A DNA stretch of 64,000 nucleotides, from NCBI RefSeq assembly GCF_046119375.1, contig NW_027362761.1, positions 513,422,001 to 513,486,000 of the forward strand. Reading direction: 5' to 3'. The DNA is from Phyllobates terribilis (taxonomy: Eukaryota). Under the pieces are notes generated by a model. The model saw nothing but the letters and a program-made list of their open reading frames with translations, ran no database searches and had not been told where the DNA came from. The number at the start of each line of letters is the position of its first letter. Position 1 is the stretch's first letter. This document shows positions 45,701 to 59,088 of this stretch, one piece after another. Position numbers and translations under genes: made by a program.

Positions 45701-47512
45701 GGTTCATTTCCAGCACATTAAAAAAACTGAAACAAAGGATTATTCTTACCTCCCCCCGCTCCGACAGCCAGCAGTGTCTCTTTCTGCTCTATCGCTAGCA
45801 CTGGCTCATGGCAAGTGGCCTCATGTGCCATCCGCGATGGACATGCCTCTGATTGCCCGGCGGCCTGTATAGATGTTGTGGTGTAGGGAGCAGGCGGCTC
45901 TCTGTGGCACAATACTTTTCAGCTGAATGTGCATACTCGGACACACATATAGCTAAAAAAGATGCTGCGTCAGTGGGCTCCCTGACTCCACAGGTCTGCT
46001 CATGGTCACACCCTCTACAACTGTGATTTTACTCCCCTGATAGTGAATTAATACTCAAAATTTATTTTCAACATTTGGTTAGGAATATTCATGATGTCCT
46101 TCTCAATTCAGATACAAATGTGATTTATGAATTTCTTCTCATGTTGAATCACATTGACTAAAGTTGGCCTCAGTGCAGTTTACTGTAGTGGAATGGGATC
46201 ATTTTCCCCATGTACATATAGGGATGTACTGAATACTTTATTAGCATTTGTTTCTTTGATGTTGAGCCTCAATCATTGCTATTGCAATATTCTAAAAAGA
46301 GATTTATGCTTTTTGCTCCCGCAGATCTGAAAATACCAACTTCAGATAATGATTTGGACAATACCACCAGGTAGGACATACATCTTCTCCATTACTAGAG
46401 ACTTTATGGGGATTAATGATTAGTGGTGGGCTCACATTTTGTTATATTTATTTCACAGCTTCAATGATGACATCACTGTTAGTGATAATGTGACTTCTAA
46501 TAGTGGAGAAACTTCCATAGATAAAAGTAAGTAATAACTTCAAGATGAAATTCAGGTTTATGTTGTTGTAGAAAGAACAATTCTTAGTTTTTTGTGATGG
46601 ACACTTCCATATTGGCAAAACAACTGACCGCCATGTTGACTTATGGCCACCGTTGTCTTTACAGAATTTCTTACATCAATGCAATAAATTTGCTTGGGTT
46701 TTGCTGTAAGTCCCATACACATCGATAGAGTCCTATAAAAGTGCTCCCACATCTCCATTAAAACCTATGGACACTACCATGAGACATCAATTAAGGTCAC
46801 AGGATGTCTATTTTCGTGTTAAATGGAGGCCCCACTGGACAGACCTTTCCTTTTGATCTGCCATAAATAACTAATATGACAGTATTATCTGTGCAGAAGA
46901 TATTAAGTGACTTAACTTTTCATAACTATTTGGAAATCATCTAATCTCAGCATCCATTTATTTCCTGACAACCCTTGCTAGAATGGTTGAGATTGTTGAG
47001 GGTCCACACTCCGGCTACGTAGGACATGTTCATTTCTATTCTTGTACTGAATACATTAATCATATAATCAATAAGGACAATTTAACTGAGCAGCAGATGG
47101 GGTAGACATCTGCTAAAACTCCTGGGTCCAGTTTTGTTTGGACCTCATTATAATGTCAGATCCTGGTCCTAATGTTGGATCCTGTTGACCTGGTAGTCTG
47201 GTCAGTGATGTATTCTGCTCTGGTTTGAACCTACATTTGTAGTCTTATTGGCTTTTCAGACTCCAGACTGTCTAGTATGGACCTGTATACTGACATACTT
47301 TATCAGCAAAATCATCAGTTTTGAGCCTAAAACTTTGAAAAATCTTTTCACTCTTCCATATTTCTGTACAGATAATGAAGCATCTGAGAGTGAAGAGAGC
47401 CCCGACACAGAGGAGAGGTGGGTTATGTTGTATATAAATATCTCTATATAAACCATGAGCTAGGTAAGAAATGTTTCCTGTGAATTTATAGATGATTCCT
47501 TATTTTTCCCAG

Positions 47513-47657
47513 AATCCCAATGTGCAAAATCCCTGGTTGTTTCCTGGAAGACATCATATTACCAAGTTCCATCTACGTGACAAACTTCCAGGAGAATAAA
47601 GAGGAGCTTGTGAAACGACTGTATCGGCTGTATAATGAAACTATCTTCGGGAATCTG
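47513..47657 (+). CDS. GCNA-like exon, start of the SprT domain
   Basis: IPMCKIPGCFLEDIILPSSIYVTNFQENKEELVKRLYRLYNETIFGNL; canonical splice sites. Confidence 0.85.
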
Positions 47658-48086
47658 GTATACCATCATCAGTATCTGGGTTATACATGAAAACAAGAAA
47701 AGCGGCTTTAGCTTTCTGGGGGGCACCCTAATACCTTTGTTACTGTTCTTTAATTTAGTTATTGAGAATCTCAGGAAAACCCTCTTCTTATCTATGGAAT
47801 GAGTTGAGACCATACAGGAGATCCACCATACATAGACATGGAGAATCTCACATTTTATCTTGATGTTCAAAGGATTTTTACACTTGTATATAAATCCATC
47901 TAGCTGACATTTGGACATTTTATAATGAGTTTATTTTTGTTTTTGCTCTTACAATTTGGACTTCTCACAATACCCCATGTCCAATATAAGGATACCAGTA
48001 AAGTAAATTACATATGAGCGTGGGAAGTTTGTTAGATTGGGACCTAAGAGTTTACAGATTTAATGGGAATTGTTTCTGCTTTTTAG

Positions 48087-48216
48087 CTTCCTGACGAAAT
48101 GAAAATTGTGTGGAATAACACGTTGACCACAACATCTGGTCTAACCTATAACCTGGAGAAGAAAAACGAAAGTTATAGCATTATAGAACTTTCCGATAAA
48201 GTCTTGAATTCTGCCG
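48087..48216 (+). CDS. GCNA-like exon, SprT domain
   Basis: LPDEMKIVWNNTLTTTSGLTYNLEKKNESYSIIELSDKVLNSA; canonical splice sites. Confidence 0.85.
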
Positions 48217-49045
48217 GTAGGTTTCACATCACTTCCAGCAGCTTCATAAGATAATGTATATACATGGTAAAAAGCTGCTACTTGGTTGTAATACATCTTA
48301 TATACTCATTGTACATTCAATCATGAGAAGAACTAAGTACACCCTCTTTGAATTCTATGGACTTACATATCAGGACAAAATAAAAAAGCATTTGGTCCTT
48401 AGAATGTCTTAAAATTAGGTAAATACAACCTCAGAAAACAACAACTCCTGATAAATAACTCTGTGACATTATGTATTTGACAAAAATTCAGCCAACATAG
48501 AAAAGCAGTGTGTGAAAAATTAAGTACACCTTATCTGCTTTAAAAGGAATTAACAGGGGAAGTAGCTGCCATGTGCTGCTAATAATATGGACCTAAAGAG
48601 AACCTATCAGGTCCGATAATGCTATTAGCCTGCAGATATAGGGTTATTGTGTAGGGTAATAGTGTTACGAGGGAGCCTGGCCGCAGTACTGAAAGTACAG
48701 CACCCGGGAGAATATGAACTTTACTTCATCCGGGAACTGCCGGCTTTCAGTGATGCGGGTGTGCCCGGAGCAATTACAGTCACCGGTGAGCACACCCCGG
48801 CACTGACTGATAGCCAGCTCGACAGTGCGCAGTTCAGTGTGGCTCTCAGTCAGAGTGTTTTTACAGCCACCGATTTCAGTGCCCTAAGTGGCAACTGTAT
48901 TGCTCCAGGGATGCCAGTATTTCCCTACTTTGAAGATCTTCTAATAATCAGATATTTTCTTATTATGTCCTGATATGTAAAGCAAAAAAATTCAAACCAG
49001 ATGTACTTAGTTAATCTCATGCCTAATAAATTATTTTCTTTTCAG

Positions 49046-49248
49046 AGCGATTACGATCCACACTTGCACACGAGATGTGCCATGCTGCCTGCTGGTTAAT
49101 CGAGGATGTAAAGGACAAGCATGGTCCGTTATGGCAGGCTTATGCAAAAAGGGTCAATTCTATCCATCCTGAGCTGCCAGAGGTGAAAAAATATCACAAT
49201 TATACTTTATAATATAACTTCAACTGTCGATGTACTTTGTGATAAAAG
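49046..49248 (+). CDS. GCNA-like exon with HEXXH zinc-protease motif and premature stop
   Basis: ERLRSTLAHEMCHAACWLIEDVKDKHGPLWQAYAKRVNSIHPELPEVKKYHNYTL*. Confidence 0.88.
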
Positions 49249-49755
49249 GTAAGTAAATTTGATGACTCTATACCTCATGAAACGCAATCACTGTGGAATG
49301 ACACCGGTGCGGCTCTGTTGGTATTATGCTTTTATATTTTACTTCTATCAGAGTAGACTGACATCTGGAAGCTGTAGGATTAAGGATGCTACATTATATT
49401 ATATATATATTATATATATTTTGTTGTCTACAGACAGTTCTTCATATTTTTTTTTACAATTTGCTCTTTTTGATACAATCCATGGTACTAACCAACATTC
49501 ATGCCAGTCTGTTAACCAATATTCCTTCTATCTTTGTAGATTCGGGCGTTTGAGAAAAGTAGCCGAGAATAAATGTTATTGCCGCCGCTGTGGAGGTCGA
49601 GTACATCAATTGGCCACCACGTCAGGATGTGACAGCAACAAGAGCAACTCAGGGTGAAGAGACAAGGCGGACAGCTCTCCTCGCTATACAGTACAAGGCT
49701 GAACAAGCGATGGATGAATCTGTTGTACGGAAACAACTTGTCTGAATTACTTTTG

Positions 49756-49975
49756 GGGCATCGTGGTGGCTCAGTGGTTAGCACTGCAGCCTTGCAGCAC
49801 TGGGGTCCTGGTTTCAAATCCCACTAAGGACAACATCTGCAAGGAGTTTGTATGTTCTCCCCGTGATTGCGTGGGTTTCCTCCGGGTACTCCGGTTTCCT
49901 CCCACACTATAAAATCATACGGATAGGGAGTTTAGAATGTGAGCCACAACAATATCAATAATTAGATTGTGAGCC
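49756..49975 (+). mobile_element. tRNA-derived SINE (V-SINE-like), 3'-truncated
   Basis: Similar to 43764-44105: TGGCTCAGTGG, GGTTTCAAATCC, GGGTTTCCTCCGGGTACTCCGGTTTCCTCCCACAC. Confidence 0.8.
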
Positions 49976-50277
49976 ATTACAATAATTAATACTTGAAATA
50001 AAGTTTAACATCTCAGCTGAATAAAGTATTAATGACCTGATTCATTGCTTTTCCACCCATCTCATGATGATTAGAGCTCTCCAGTTTCAGATAATAGGTG
50101 ACAAGCAGAAAATGTATCACTTTCAAGAGTCATTTCTCATTTAAACTTCTCCAGAACCTGGTGCTCTACAAATTACTAATCTTCAGGGGTCTTACCCCAA
50201 ATATTTCAGGACCAATGCTTAGGTCTGTCTCAGCCTCATTTATTTACATTAGTAGCACAGCTCCAATATATTAGGAT

Positions 50278-50697
50278 TAGTGATGATCCAGCACTCTAGT
50301 GCTCGAATCAAGCATGTTGGATGCTCGGACGGGCTCTACTTGAGTACCGTGTATAATGGAAGTCAATGGGAAACTCACATATATTTCCGGAAGATCTTAA
50401 CAGGAGAGTTGGGGAGGCAGGGAAAAAAATTGCTGAAATTGGTGAAAGCAGTGCTCAAATGGAATGGAAACAGCATGGGGAAGATGCCTGGACTCATCTC
50501 TGACTCCAAGGTCAATGTTGGGGACAATGTTGTCAAGAATTTTCCTCCACTTTTATAGACTGACAAATAAACATACAAAACTGAAGATAAAATGGATTTT
50601 ACAGGAAAAAAATGTTCGAAACCATTCCTTCCTGTATAATGACTTGCATATAAGGCAGAATTAAAAAGAGAAAAAAAAAAGCCTCCTCCGCCCCTTA
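50278..50697 (+). mobile_element. Non-autonomous hAT-type element (MITE-like), partial
   Basis: Starts TAGTGATGA; similar to 29312-29740. Confidence 0.55.
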
Positions 50698-51766
50698 ATA
50701 GCCGGGCCATCTCACACCGTATTTCCCCGTTGCCTATGACTACAGTTGATGACTTTAAACTGGTTTCTTTCCCCCGAATATTTATATGGGAAGGTCACTA
50801 CTGGTTCGGGGGAGACCCCCTGAAAGTCATAAGGTGTAGACATCACAATCTCTGCTGGCAGCGAAGAGCTATGGGGAGTTTTCCTAAAGCTAGTCATCTG
50901 ACCCTGCAATTGGGACTGAGAAGATTCAAGAATTTAGTGTCTCTCAGCCAGATCTTGAATCTCCAGAGACAAGTTCGCCACGTGATCACCAAGCGTGTGC
51001 ATGGGATCCATGCTGGTGATAAAAAGGAAACGGTCAACTGTAATGTGACTCTGAGAAGCCATGAGAAAAGGTAGTCAGTAGGTCCAAGGTCAGATACCAG
51101 GAGGGCTCGAGGTACAGAGAGGAAAGACAAGTGGCATGGCCAGGAAATAGTCCAGGGTCAAATGCCAGGAGAGTACATCAAGACAAAAGAGTAAGTCAAA
51201 AGGATAGTCAGAGGCCAAGTTCAGTGTCAGGTATCATTATCAGAGGTAGCTTTCATTGATTGTGGGTCTGTTGCCAACTTCATAGATTCAGGACTAGTGC
51301 TCAGATTAGGATTTGGGACAGTTAGGTTAGAAAGACCTATTCAAATTCTTGCCATTGACAGGACACTGTTACTCCAGAACTTTGTCCAGCTGATAATGGT
51401 GGAATTCACACTTAAAGTGGGAACAATTCACTCTGAGTTCATATCCTGCTTTGTTTTGGATAATTTGCCTGCTGCGTTGTTATTGGGGTTTCCATGGCTG
51501 CGTATTCATTATTCTGTTATTGATTAGTGATTGAAGAATATTGTTAGGTGGAGCCTCAACTGTCATAAGAAATGTTTTATTTCTTTATAAATTTTTACCG
51601 GAGGCGCTCCTGTGGATAATGATAGAGACTCCAGTTTAAGCTTAGTGGAAATGTTCCAATAGGCTCGCAGGTAACTGCTCAAAATCGCATAGATTCACGA
51701 TAAAAATTTATTTTGAATTAAAAATCAGTCAAGGGATGAGTGGTTGGCATATAGTAGCATATAATG

Positions 51767-51807
51767 GCACAACGCGTTTCTGCTCTCAAGGAGCCTTCAT
51801 CAGGTAC
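51767..51807 (-). ncRNA. Hammerhead ribozyme motif, duplicate copy
   Basis: Same as 1310-1350 except the stem I 5' strand is GUAC (U-G wobble). Confidence 0.62.
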
Positions 51808-52885
51808 ATGTTGAGCTATACAATATACAAGCTTTATATACCCTATTTGTATAGTAAGGAGTGGGGCTCTCTCCCCCTACATTAAACTGAACTTCATTAT
51901 ATCAAAAAGCCTACACCTTCCCACCCGCACACAGGCTGTGAGAACACTCCATCCCAACCACATTTAAAAAAAAAAAGCCTGCCAGTATCCAAAAAATGAC
52001 CGGCATACGCATGAAATACACAATTGATTGAAAGGATTCTATACACAAATAAAACCAAGAGAATAACCAAGGAGAAAATGAGATTCTCACAACCCAATAC
52101 GATGTATTGGATTGTAAAATAGATATCTAAAGGAACCATTTTTGATATTTAGTTTTACATTTGCATTCCCCATTTACTTCATATTCATTCATAAATAGAT
52201 TCCTGTTTTGTATAGTTAGCCTTTAGATTTGTAGAAAAATATATGTAAGTATTATAAATAAAGGGCCGATAGTAAATTAAAAAAATATATATATACTGTA
52301 TATCTATTTTTTTGCAATAGAATAAATATATTAAAATAGCACGACCCTCCTCAAGTCCGAAAGCCTTTCTTCCGATGTGAATTCAAACCATGGGCTATAT
52401 TTGTATATATTTTATATATTCCATCTGTGAATAAAGAACATTGCAAATTTGGAACTGTTTTGCTTTGATAATGGCTAGTAAATAACTGTTTGATAACACT
52501 ATGTTTGTATAGTTTATTGNNNNNNNNNNNNNNNNNNNNNNNNNNNNNNNNNNNNNNNNNNNNNNNNNNNNNNNNNNNNNNNNNNNNNNNNNNNNNNNNN
52601 NNNNNNNNNNNNNNNNNNNNNNNNNNNNNNNNNNNNNNNNNNNNNNNNNNNNNNNNNNNNNNNNNNNNNNNNNNNNNNNNNNNNNNAATTTTTATGTAAA
52701 AAAAATAAATAAAAATAATATTAAAAAAATAAATAAATAAAAATAGAAATAAATAAGGAAAGCCCTACTAGAGTTGCAATAAATTACCAATCACAAGTGC
52801 GAAATATACGCACCTATATCTTAAATGAAGAGGATTTTTATTTTGACTGTGGGTGATTGATTCCATCTACTATTAAAGGATGGTG

Positions 52886-54049
52886 TTAGAGGAACTCTAC
52901 AACCTCATTTAAACCGTCCGGATGGAGGCTCCCAAGCTTAAAAATCCAGGAGGATTCTTTGGAATTAAGGGTGGCTCTTCTATTTCTGATACCTGCAGGG
53001 ATCTGTTCAAGTGGTGTGACTACTACAGGATCAAAATTTTTATTATGCACTAATGTGATGTGCTTGGATAGACTTTGCTTCAGAAAGCCTGTTCTGGCAT
53101 TATGCCTGTGGCCGTTCTCACGGTTCCGCAAAGTCTGAACTGTACGTCCCACATAATTGAGCCCACAGTTACATGTGACTGCATATATAAGAAATTCAGA
53201 TCCACATGTGAACTCATATGTAGGATTTGCAGTAACCTGAGCTATTTTATCGTTTGGGGCTCTCTTGTCAAAGTTGATAATTCTACAACAATAACAATTT
53301 TTTATAGTTTTGCCCCTTCTAAACACAATGTTGGGTCTCGATCTTTTAAAATGGGGTCCTTCCTAACAAGATATCAATATTTATTTAATATTTTACGAAT
53401 GATGTGGTTTCCTTTATTATATACTGTAATGAAACTATGTCGGATTTGCTCTTCTCTGGATTGCTTGGTGGTTTCTGAATCTAACAATCGTTTTGAGTGA
53501 GCGCTAGATTATTTTGATAGGAGGATGCCATTAATGCTCTAGGGTAACCCTTCTCTTTGAATCTTGTGATCAATGTGTTTGATTGTTCTGGTAATCTGCT
53601 GTTGAGGTACAGTTACACCTAATGCGTCGGAATTGACTAGAAGGGATATTTTTCTTCCACTTGGGGTAATGTGCGCTTGAGTAATCAAGGTATCCATTTG
53701 TGTTTAACAATTTGAAATATGTTCTACTTTGGATTTTTTGACCTACAGTATATAGTTCAAGATCCAAATAAACATTTTTTTCTTTAGATGTATTGCTAGC
53801 GAACGATAAGCCCCAATCATTTTGTTTTAACTCTTTCACAAAGGACTCTGCTTCGCTTGTTGTGCCCCTCCATATTCTGATTAAATCATCGAAATATCTG
53901 CAAGAATATCGAATGTGATCCTTGTATTTGGGGGCTGTGAGTGGTGACAGGGACTCGTATCGCCCCATGAATAAATTTGAGAAACTGGGTGCGACCCGAG
54001 TCCCAATCGCTGTCCCGAACTGCGATGGGAACGTTTCAGTTGCCGACAT
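52886..54049 (-). mobile_element. Penelope-like element (RT plus GIY-YIG), duplicate copy
   Basis: ORFs 52886..53326 and 53570..54049; an extra 1-bp deletion shortens the RT ORF relative to copy 1. Confidence 0.9.
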
Positions 54050-54888
54050 CTTTCATCACTGCTTGATCACTGCACCGCAACCGAAACGTCGCACACCGGG
54101 CTAATAAAGTCCATATTTTTTTAAAGAACTTTTGGAGTGCTGTCTGTCGTTTTTTTGCTATACTGTCTATACTTATGGATATTTGTTTGGGGGCCTTGCA
54201 CCCGATATTTTGAAGATATGGTGCTGTTCCAATTTTGCCTCTCTCTATATCAATAGATTTATATATAGCGCAACTTTATGTAACTGCATATTATGGTTGA
54301 GCCCCTCTGTCTATATACACACACGTATGCTTATATATATGGCTCTCTCTCTTGCTATATATAAATATGTACAGTATGTGTACACAAATATACCTGTGTA
54401 ATATATAGTAAAATATTTATTTTACACAGGTACAGTATATTCACATCTCTCTCTATGACATACACGAACATATATATATGTGTGTGCATATACGTATATA
54501 TATATATATATACAGTATATATATAGATAGATGTCAAGTGAGCGCTACATATTCATGTATTATGTAGACAGAGACCCAACCATATTGTGCAGTTACATAA
54601 AAGACCGCTATCTCTAGCTTTCTCTCTCTTTATATATATAATCTATANNNNNNNNNNNNNNNNNNNNNNNNNNNNNNNNNNNNNNNNNNNNNNNNNNNNN
54701 NNNNNNNNNNNNNNNNNNNNNNNNNNNNNNNNNNNNNNNNNNNNNNNNNNNNNNNNNNNNNNNNNNNNNNNNNNNNNNNACAGGTATACAGATATATAAA
54801 AAATACACACACTGCACATATATATACACTTGCACTGCACACATATATATACATATGGTGCATATATATACATATATATATATATGTA

Positions 54889-56515
54889 CAGTGCATTGTG
54901 AAAGTATTTGGCCCCCTTGAACTATTCTACCTTTTGCCACATTTCTGGCTTCAAACATAAAGATAGAAAATTCTAATTTTTGGGGGAAGAATCAACAACA
55001 AGTGGGACACAATCGTGAAGTGGAACAAAATTTATTGGATATTTTAAACTTTTTAAACAAATTAAAAACTGAAAAGTGGGGCGTGCAATATTATTCGGCC
55101 CCCTTGAGTTAATACTTTGTAGCGCCACCTTTTGCTGCGATTACAGCTGCAAGTCGCTTGTGGTATGTCTCTATCAGTTTTGCACATCGAGAGGCTGAAA
55201 TTCTTGCCCATTCTTCCTTGCAAAACAGCTCAAGCTCATTGAGGTTGGATGGAGGGCGTTTGTGAACAGCAGTTTTCAGCTCTTTCCACAGATTCTCGAT
55301 TGGATACAGGTCTGGACTTTGACTTGGCCATTCTAACACCTGGATACGTTTATTTTTGAACCATTCCATTTTAGATTTTGCTTTATGTTTGGGATCATTG
55401 TCTTGTTGGAAGATAAATCTCCATCCCAGTCTCAGGTTTTTTTGCAGACTCCAACAGGTTTTCTTCCAGAATGGTCCTGTATTTGGCTCCGTCCATCTTC
55501 CCATCAATTTTAACAATCTTTCCTGTCCCTTAAGAAAAGCAGGCCCAAATCATGATGCTGCCACCACCATGTTTGACAGCGGGGATGGTGTTTTGAGGGT
55601 GATGAGCTGTGTTGCTTTTACGCCAAACATATCGTTTTGCATTGTGGCCAAAAAATGTGATTTTGGTTTCATCTGACCAGAGCACCTTATTAGACATGTT
55701 TGGTGTGTCTCCCAGGTGGATTGTGCAAACTTCAAACAAGACTTTTTATGGATATCTTTGAGAAATGGCTTTCTACTTGCCACTCTTCCGTAAAGGCCAG
55801 ACTTGCGCAATTTCCGACTGATTGTTGTCCTATGGGCAGACTCTCCCACGTCAGCTGTAGATCTCTGCAGTTCATCCAGAGTGATCATGGGCCTTTTGGC
55901 TGCATCTCTGATCCTTCTTCTCCTTGTTCGAGATGAAAGTTTAGAGGGACGGCCGGGTTATGGTACATTTGCAGTGGTCTGATACTCCTTCCATTTCAAT
56001 ATGATCGCTTGCACAGTGCTCCTTGAGATGTTTAAAACTTGGGAAATCTTTTGTATCCAAATCCAGCTTTAAACTTCGCCACAACAGTATCTTGGACCTG
56101 CCTGGTGTGTTCCTTGGTCTTCATGATGCTCTCTGCACTTGAAACAGAACCCTGAGACTATCACAGAGCAGGTGCATTTATAAGGAGACTTGATTACACA
56201 CAGGTGTATTCTGTTTATAATTACCAGTCATTTAGGACAACATTGGATCATTCAGAGATCCTCACTGAACTTCAGGAGTGAGTTTGCTGCACTGAAAGTA
56301 AAGGGGCCAAATAATATTGCATGCCCCATTTTTCAGTTTTTAATTTGGCAAAAAATTTTAAAATATTCAATAAATTTCGTTCCATTTCATGATTGTATCC
56401 CACTTGTTGTTGATTTTTCCCCAAAAATTATAATTTTATATCTTTATGTTTGAAGCCAGAAATGTGGCAAAAGGTAGAAAAGTTCAAGGGGGCCAAATAC
56501 TTTCACAATGCACTA
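54889..56515 (-). mobile_element. Tc1 family A, duplicate of 4433-6059
   Basis: Same TIRs, flanks and lesions. Confidence 0.95.
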
Positions 56516-56529
56516 TATATATATATATA

Positions 56530-58141
56530 CAGTACAGACCAAAAGTTTGGACACACCTTCTCATTAAAGATTTTTCTGTATTTTCATGACTATGAAAATT
56601 GTACATTCACACTGAAGGCAACAAAACTACGAATTAACACATGTGGAATTATATACTTAACAAAAAAGTGTGAAACAACTGAAAATATGTCTTATATTCT
56701 AGGTTCTTCAAAGTAGCCACCTTTTGCTTTGATGACAGCTTTGCACACTCTTGGCATTCTCTTGATGAGCTTCAAGAGGTAGTCACCGGAAATGGTCTTC
56801 CAACAATCTTGAAGGAGTTTCCAGAGATGCTTAGCACTTGTTGGCCCTTTTGCCTTCAGTCTGCGGTCCAGCTCACCCCAAACCATCTCAGGTCTGGTGA
56901 CTGTTAAGGCCAGGTCATCTGGCATACCACCCCATCACTCTCCTCCTTGGTAAAATAGCCCTTACACAGCCTGGAGGTGTGTTTGGGGTCATTGTCCTGT
57001 TGTAAAATAAATGATGGTCCAACTAAACGCCACCCGGATGGAATAGCATGCCGCTGCAAGATGCTGTGGTAGCCATGCTGGTTCAGTATGACTTCAATTT
57101 TGAATAAATCCCCAACAGTGTCACCAGCAAAGCACCCCCACACCATCACACCCTACTCCATGCTTCATGGTGGGAACCAGGCATGTAGAGTCCATCCGTT
57201 CACCTTTTCTGCGTCACAGAAAGACACGGTGGTTGGAACCAAAGATCTCAAATTTGAACTCATCAGACCAAAGCACAGATTTCAACTGGTCTAATGTCCA
57301 TTCCTTGTGTTCTTTAGCCCAAACAAGTCTCTTCTGCTTGTTGCCTGTCCTTAGCAGTGGTTTCCTAGCAGCTATTTTACCATGAAGGCCTGCTGCATAA
57401 AGTCTCCTCAACAGTTGTTGAAAAGATGTGTCTGCTGCTAGAACTCTGTATGGTATTGACCTGGTCTCTAATCTGAGCTGCTGTTAACCTGCGATTTCTG
57501 AGGCTGGTGACTCAGATAAACTTATCCTCAGAAGCAGAGGTGACTCTTGGTCTTCTTTTCCTGGGGCGGTCCTCATGTGAGCCAGTTTCTTTGTAGCGCT
57601 TGATGGTTTTTGCAACTGCACTTGGGGACACTTTCAAAGTTTGCCCAATTTTTTGGACTGACTGACCTTTATTCCTTAAAGTAATGATGGCCACTCGTTT
57701 TTCTTTACTTAGCTGTTATTTGCTTGCCATAATACAAATTCTAACAGTATATTCAGTAGGACTATCAGCTGTGTATCCACCTGACTTCTGTACAACACAA
57801 CTGATGGTCCCAACCCCATTTATAAGGCAAGAAATTCCACTTATTAAACCTGACAGGGCACACCTGTGAAGTGAAAACCATTTCCGGTGACTACCACTTG
57901 AAGCTCATCAAGAGAATGCCAAGAGTGTGCAAAGCAGTCATCAAAGCAAAAGGTGGCTACTTTGAAGAACCTAGAATATAAGACATATTTTCAGTTGTTT
58001 CACACTTTTTTGTTAAGTATATAATTCCACATGTGTTAATTCATAGTTTTGATGCCTTCAGTGTGAATGTACAATTTTCAAAGTCATGAAAATACAGAAA
58101 AATCTTTAAATGAGAAAGTGTGTCCAAACTTTTGGTCTGTA

Positions 58142-58144
<3 letters not shown>
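56530..58144 (-). mobile_element. Tc1 family B, full length, transposase disrupted
   Basis: Both TIRs present and TA-flanked; split DD34E ORFs. Confidence 0.94.
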
Positions 58145-58206
<62 letters not shown>

Positions 58207-59088
58207 GTGCATATATGTTTACATACAGTTCTCAAATGCACCATACACTCATACATGCACTTTTCACATATATGCTGACATATCACACATGTATACACAC
58301 AATTATACATACACTGGCCATATGAAGTAAATAACACCCCTCTTTTCTGGCACATATCTTCCTCAGCGTTTAGTTTCCGTTGCTGGCAACATCTTTCTCC
58401 TTTCAAGGTGCTTGTGGTGACAATGCGGGAGGGGCACAAACAATCACTACTCTAGCAGGTTTCATTGCTGGACAGTGTGAGCAAGGAAACTGGGAGGTGA
58501 AGGAGGAAACAGGAGAGAAGTCTCCAGCTCACTGTCTGGTGAGTTATGGAGCACAGCAGACAGCACATACCCAGAGCTGCCTACTGGACTGATCACATCC
58601 AGCTCAGTCACAATGCCTGCCTGCTCTCAGATCGGTGGACTGCGTTCACTTTCCTTGATGCACTGCATCATGGGAGAGTGAGGTCAGCACAGCAGAGACG
58701 GGGGGAATCCCCTGCCTGGCTGCGACTTCAGCTGAAGTCGGCTCAGTTCAGTGGAGGCTCCTGCCAAGAAAGGGAGTTTTTCTCCCAGATGGTATATGCC
58801 TTGTTTATAATGTTTTGGTCAAATGATAAATGTTATTACATCTGTATTTAATTTAAATAATAAAAAATTTGGTGATAGGTGCGCTTTAAGGTAATGAGTC
58901 ACATACATTTTTTAAAATGACCAATAATACCACATACAAGGAACAAATACTGCCAGACCATGACCAGACCACATATTACCACCACATAGTGACCGAATAC
59001 TACAATACTGACCATTAATAAAAAAAATACAATACTAATATTACCATAAGTGCCATTATACACAGGAGCTCTATAAATAGTATACAGT

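Larger units (their letters stand above)
44375..49657 (+). pseudogene. gcna: GCNA/ACRC-like SprT-family metalloprotease gene, 8 exons seen, disrupted in the penultimate exon
   Basis: Phase-compatible AG/GT exons: 44375-44454, 46325-46370, 46459-46526, 47372-47417, 47513-47657, 48087-48216, 49046-49248, 49540-49657. The peptide has an acidic N-part, then CKIPGCFL...NKEELVKRLYRLYNETIF...LPDEMKIVWN...RLRSTLAHEMCHAACW...HG..W..YA...HPELP...HNY, which parallels GCNA. TAA at 49210-49212 and a phase error at the exon end. No start exon found. Confidence 0.85.

Noticed and set aside
58330-58420. piggyBac C-terminal Cys-rich remnant
   Set aside because: Only a vague MCQKRGV similarity on the minus strand, with no TTAA/TIR or catalytic region.
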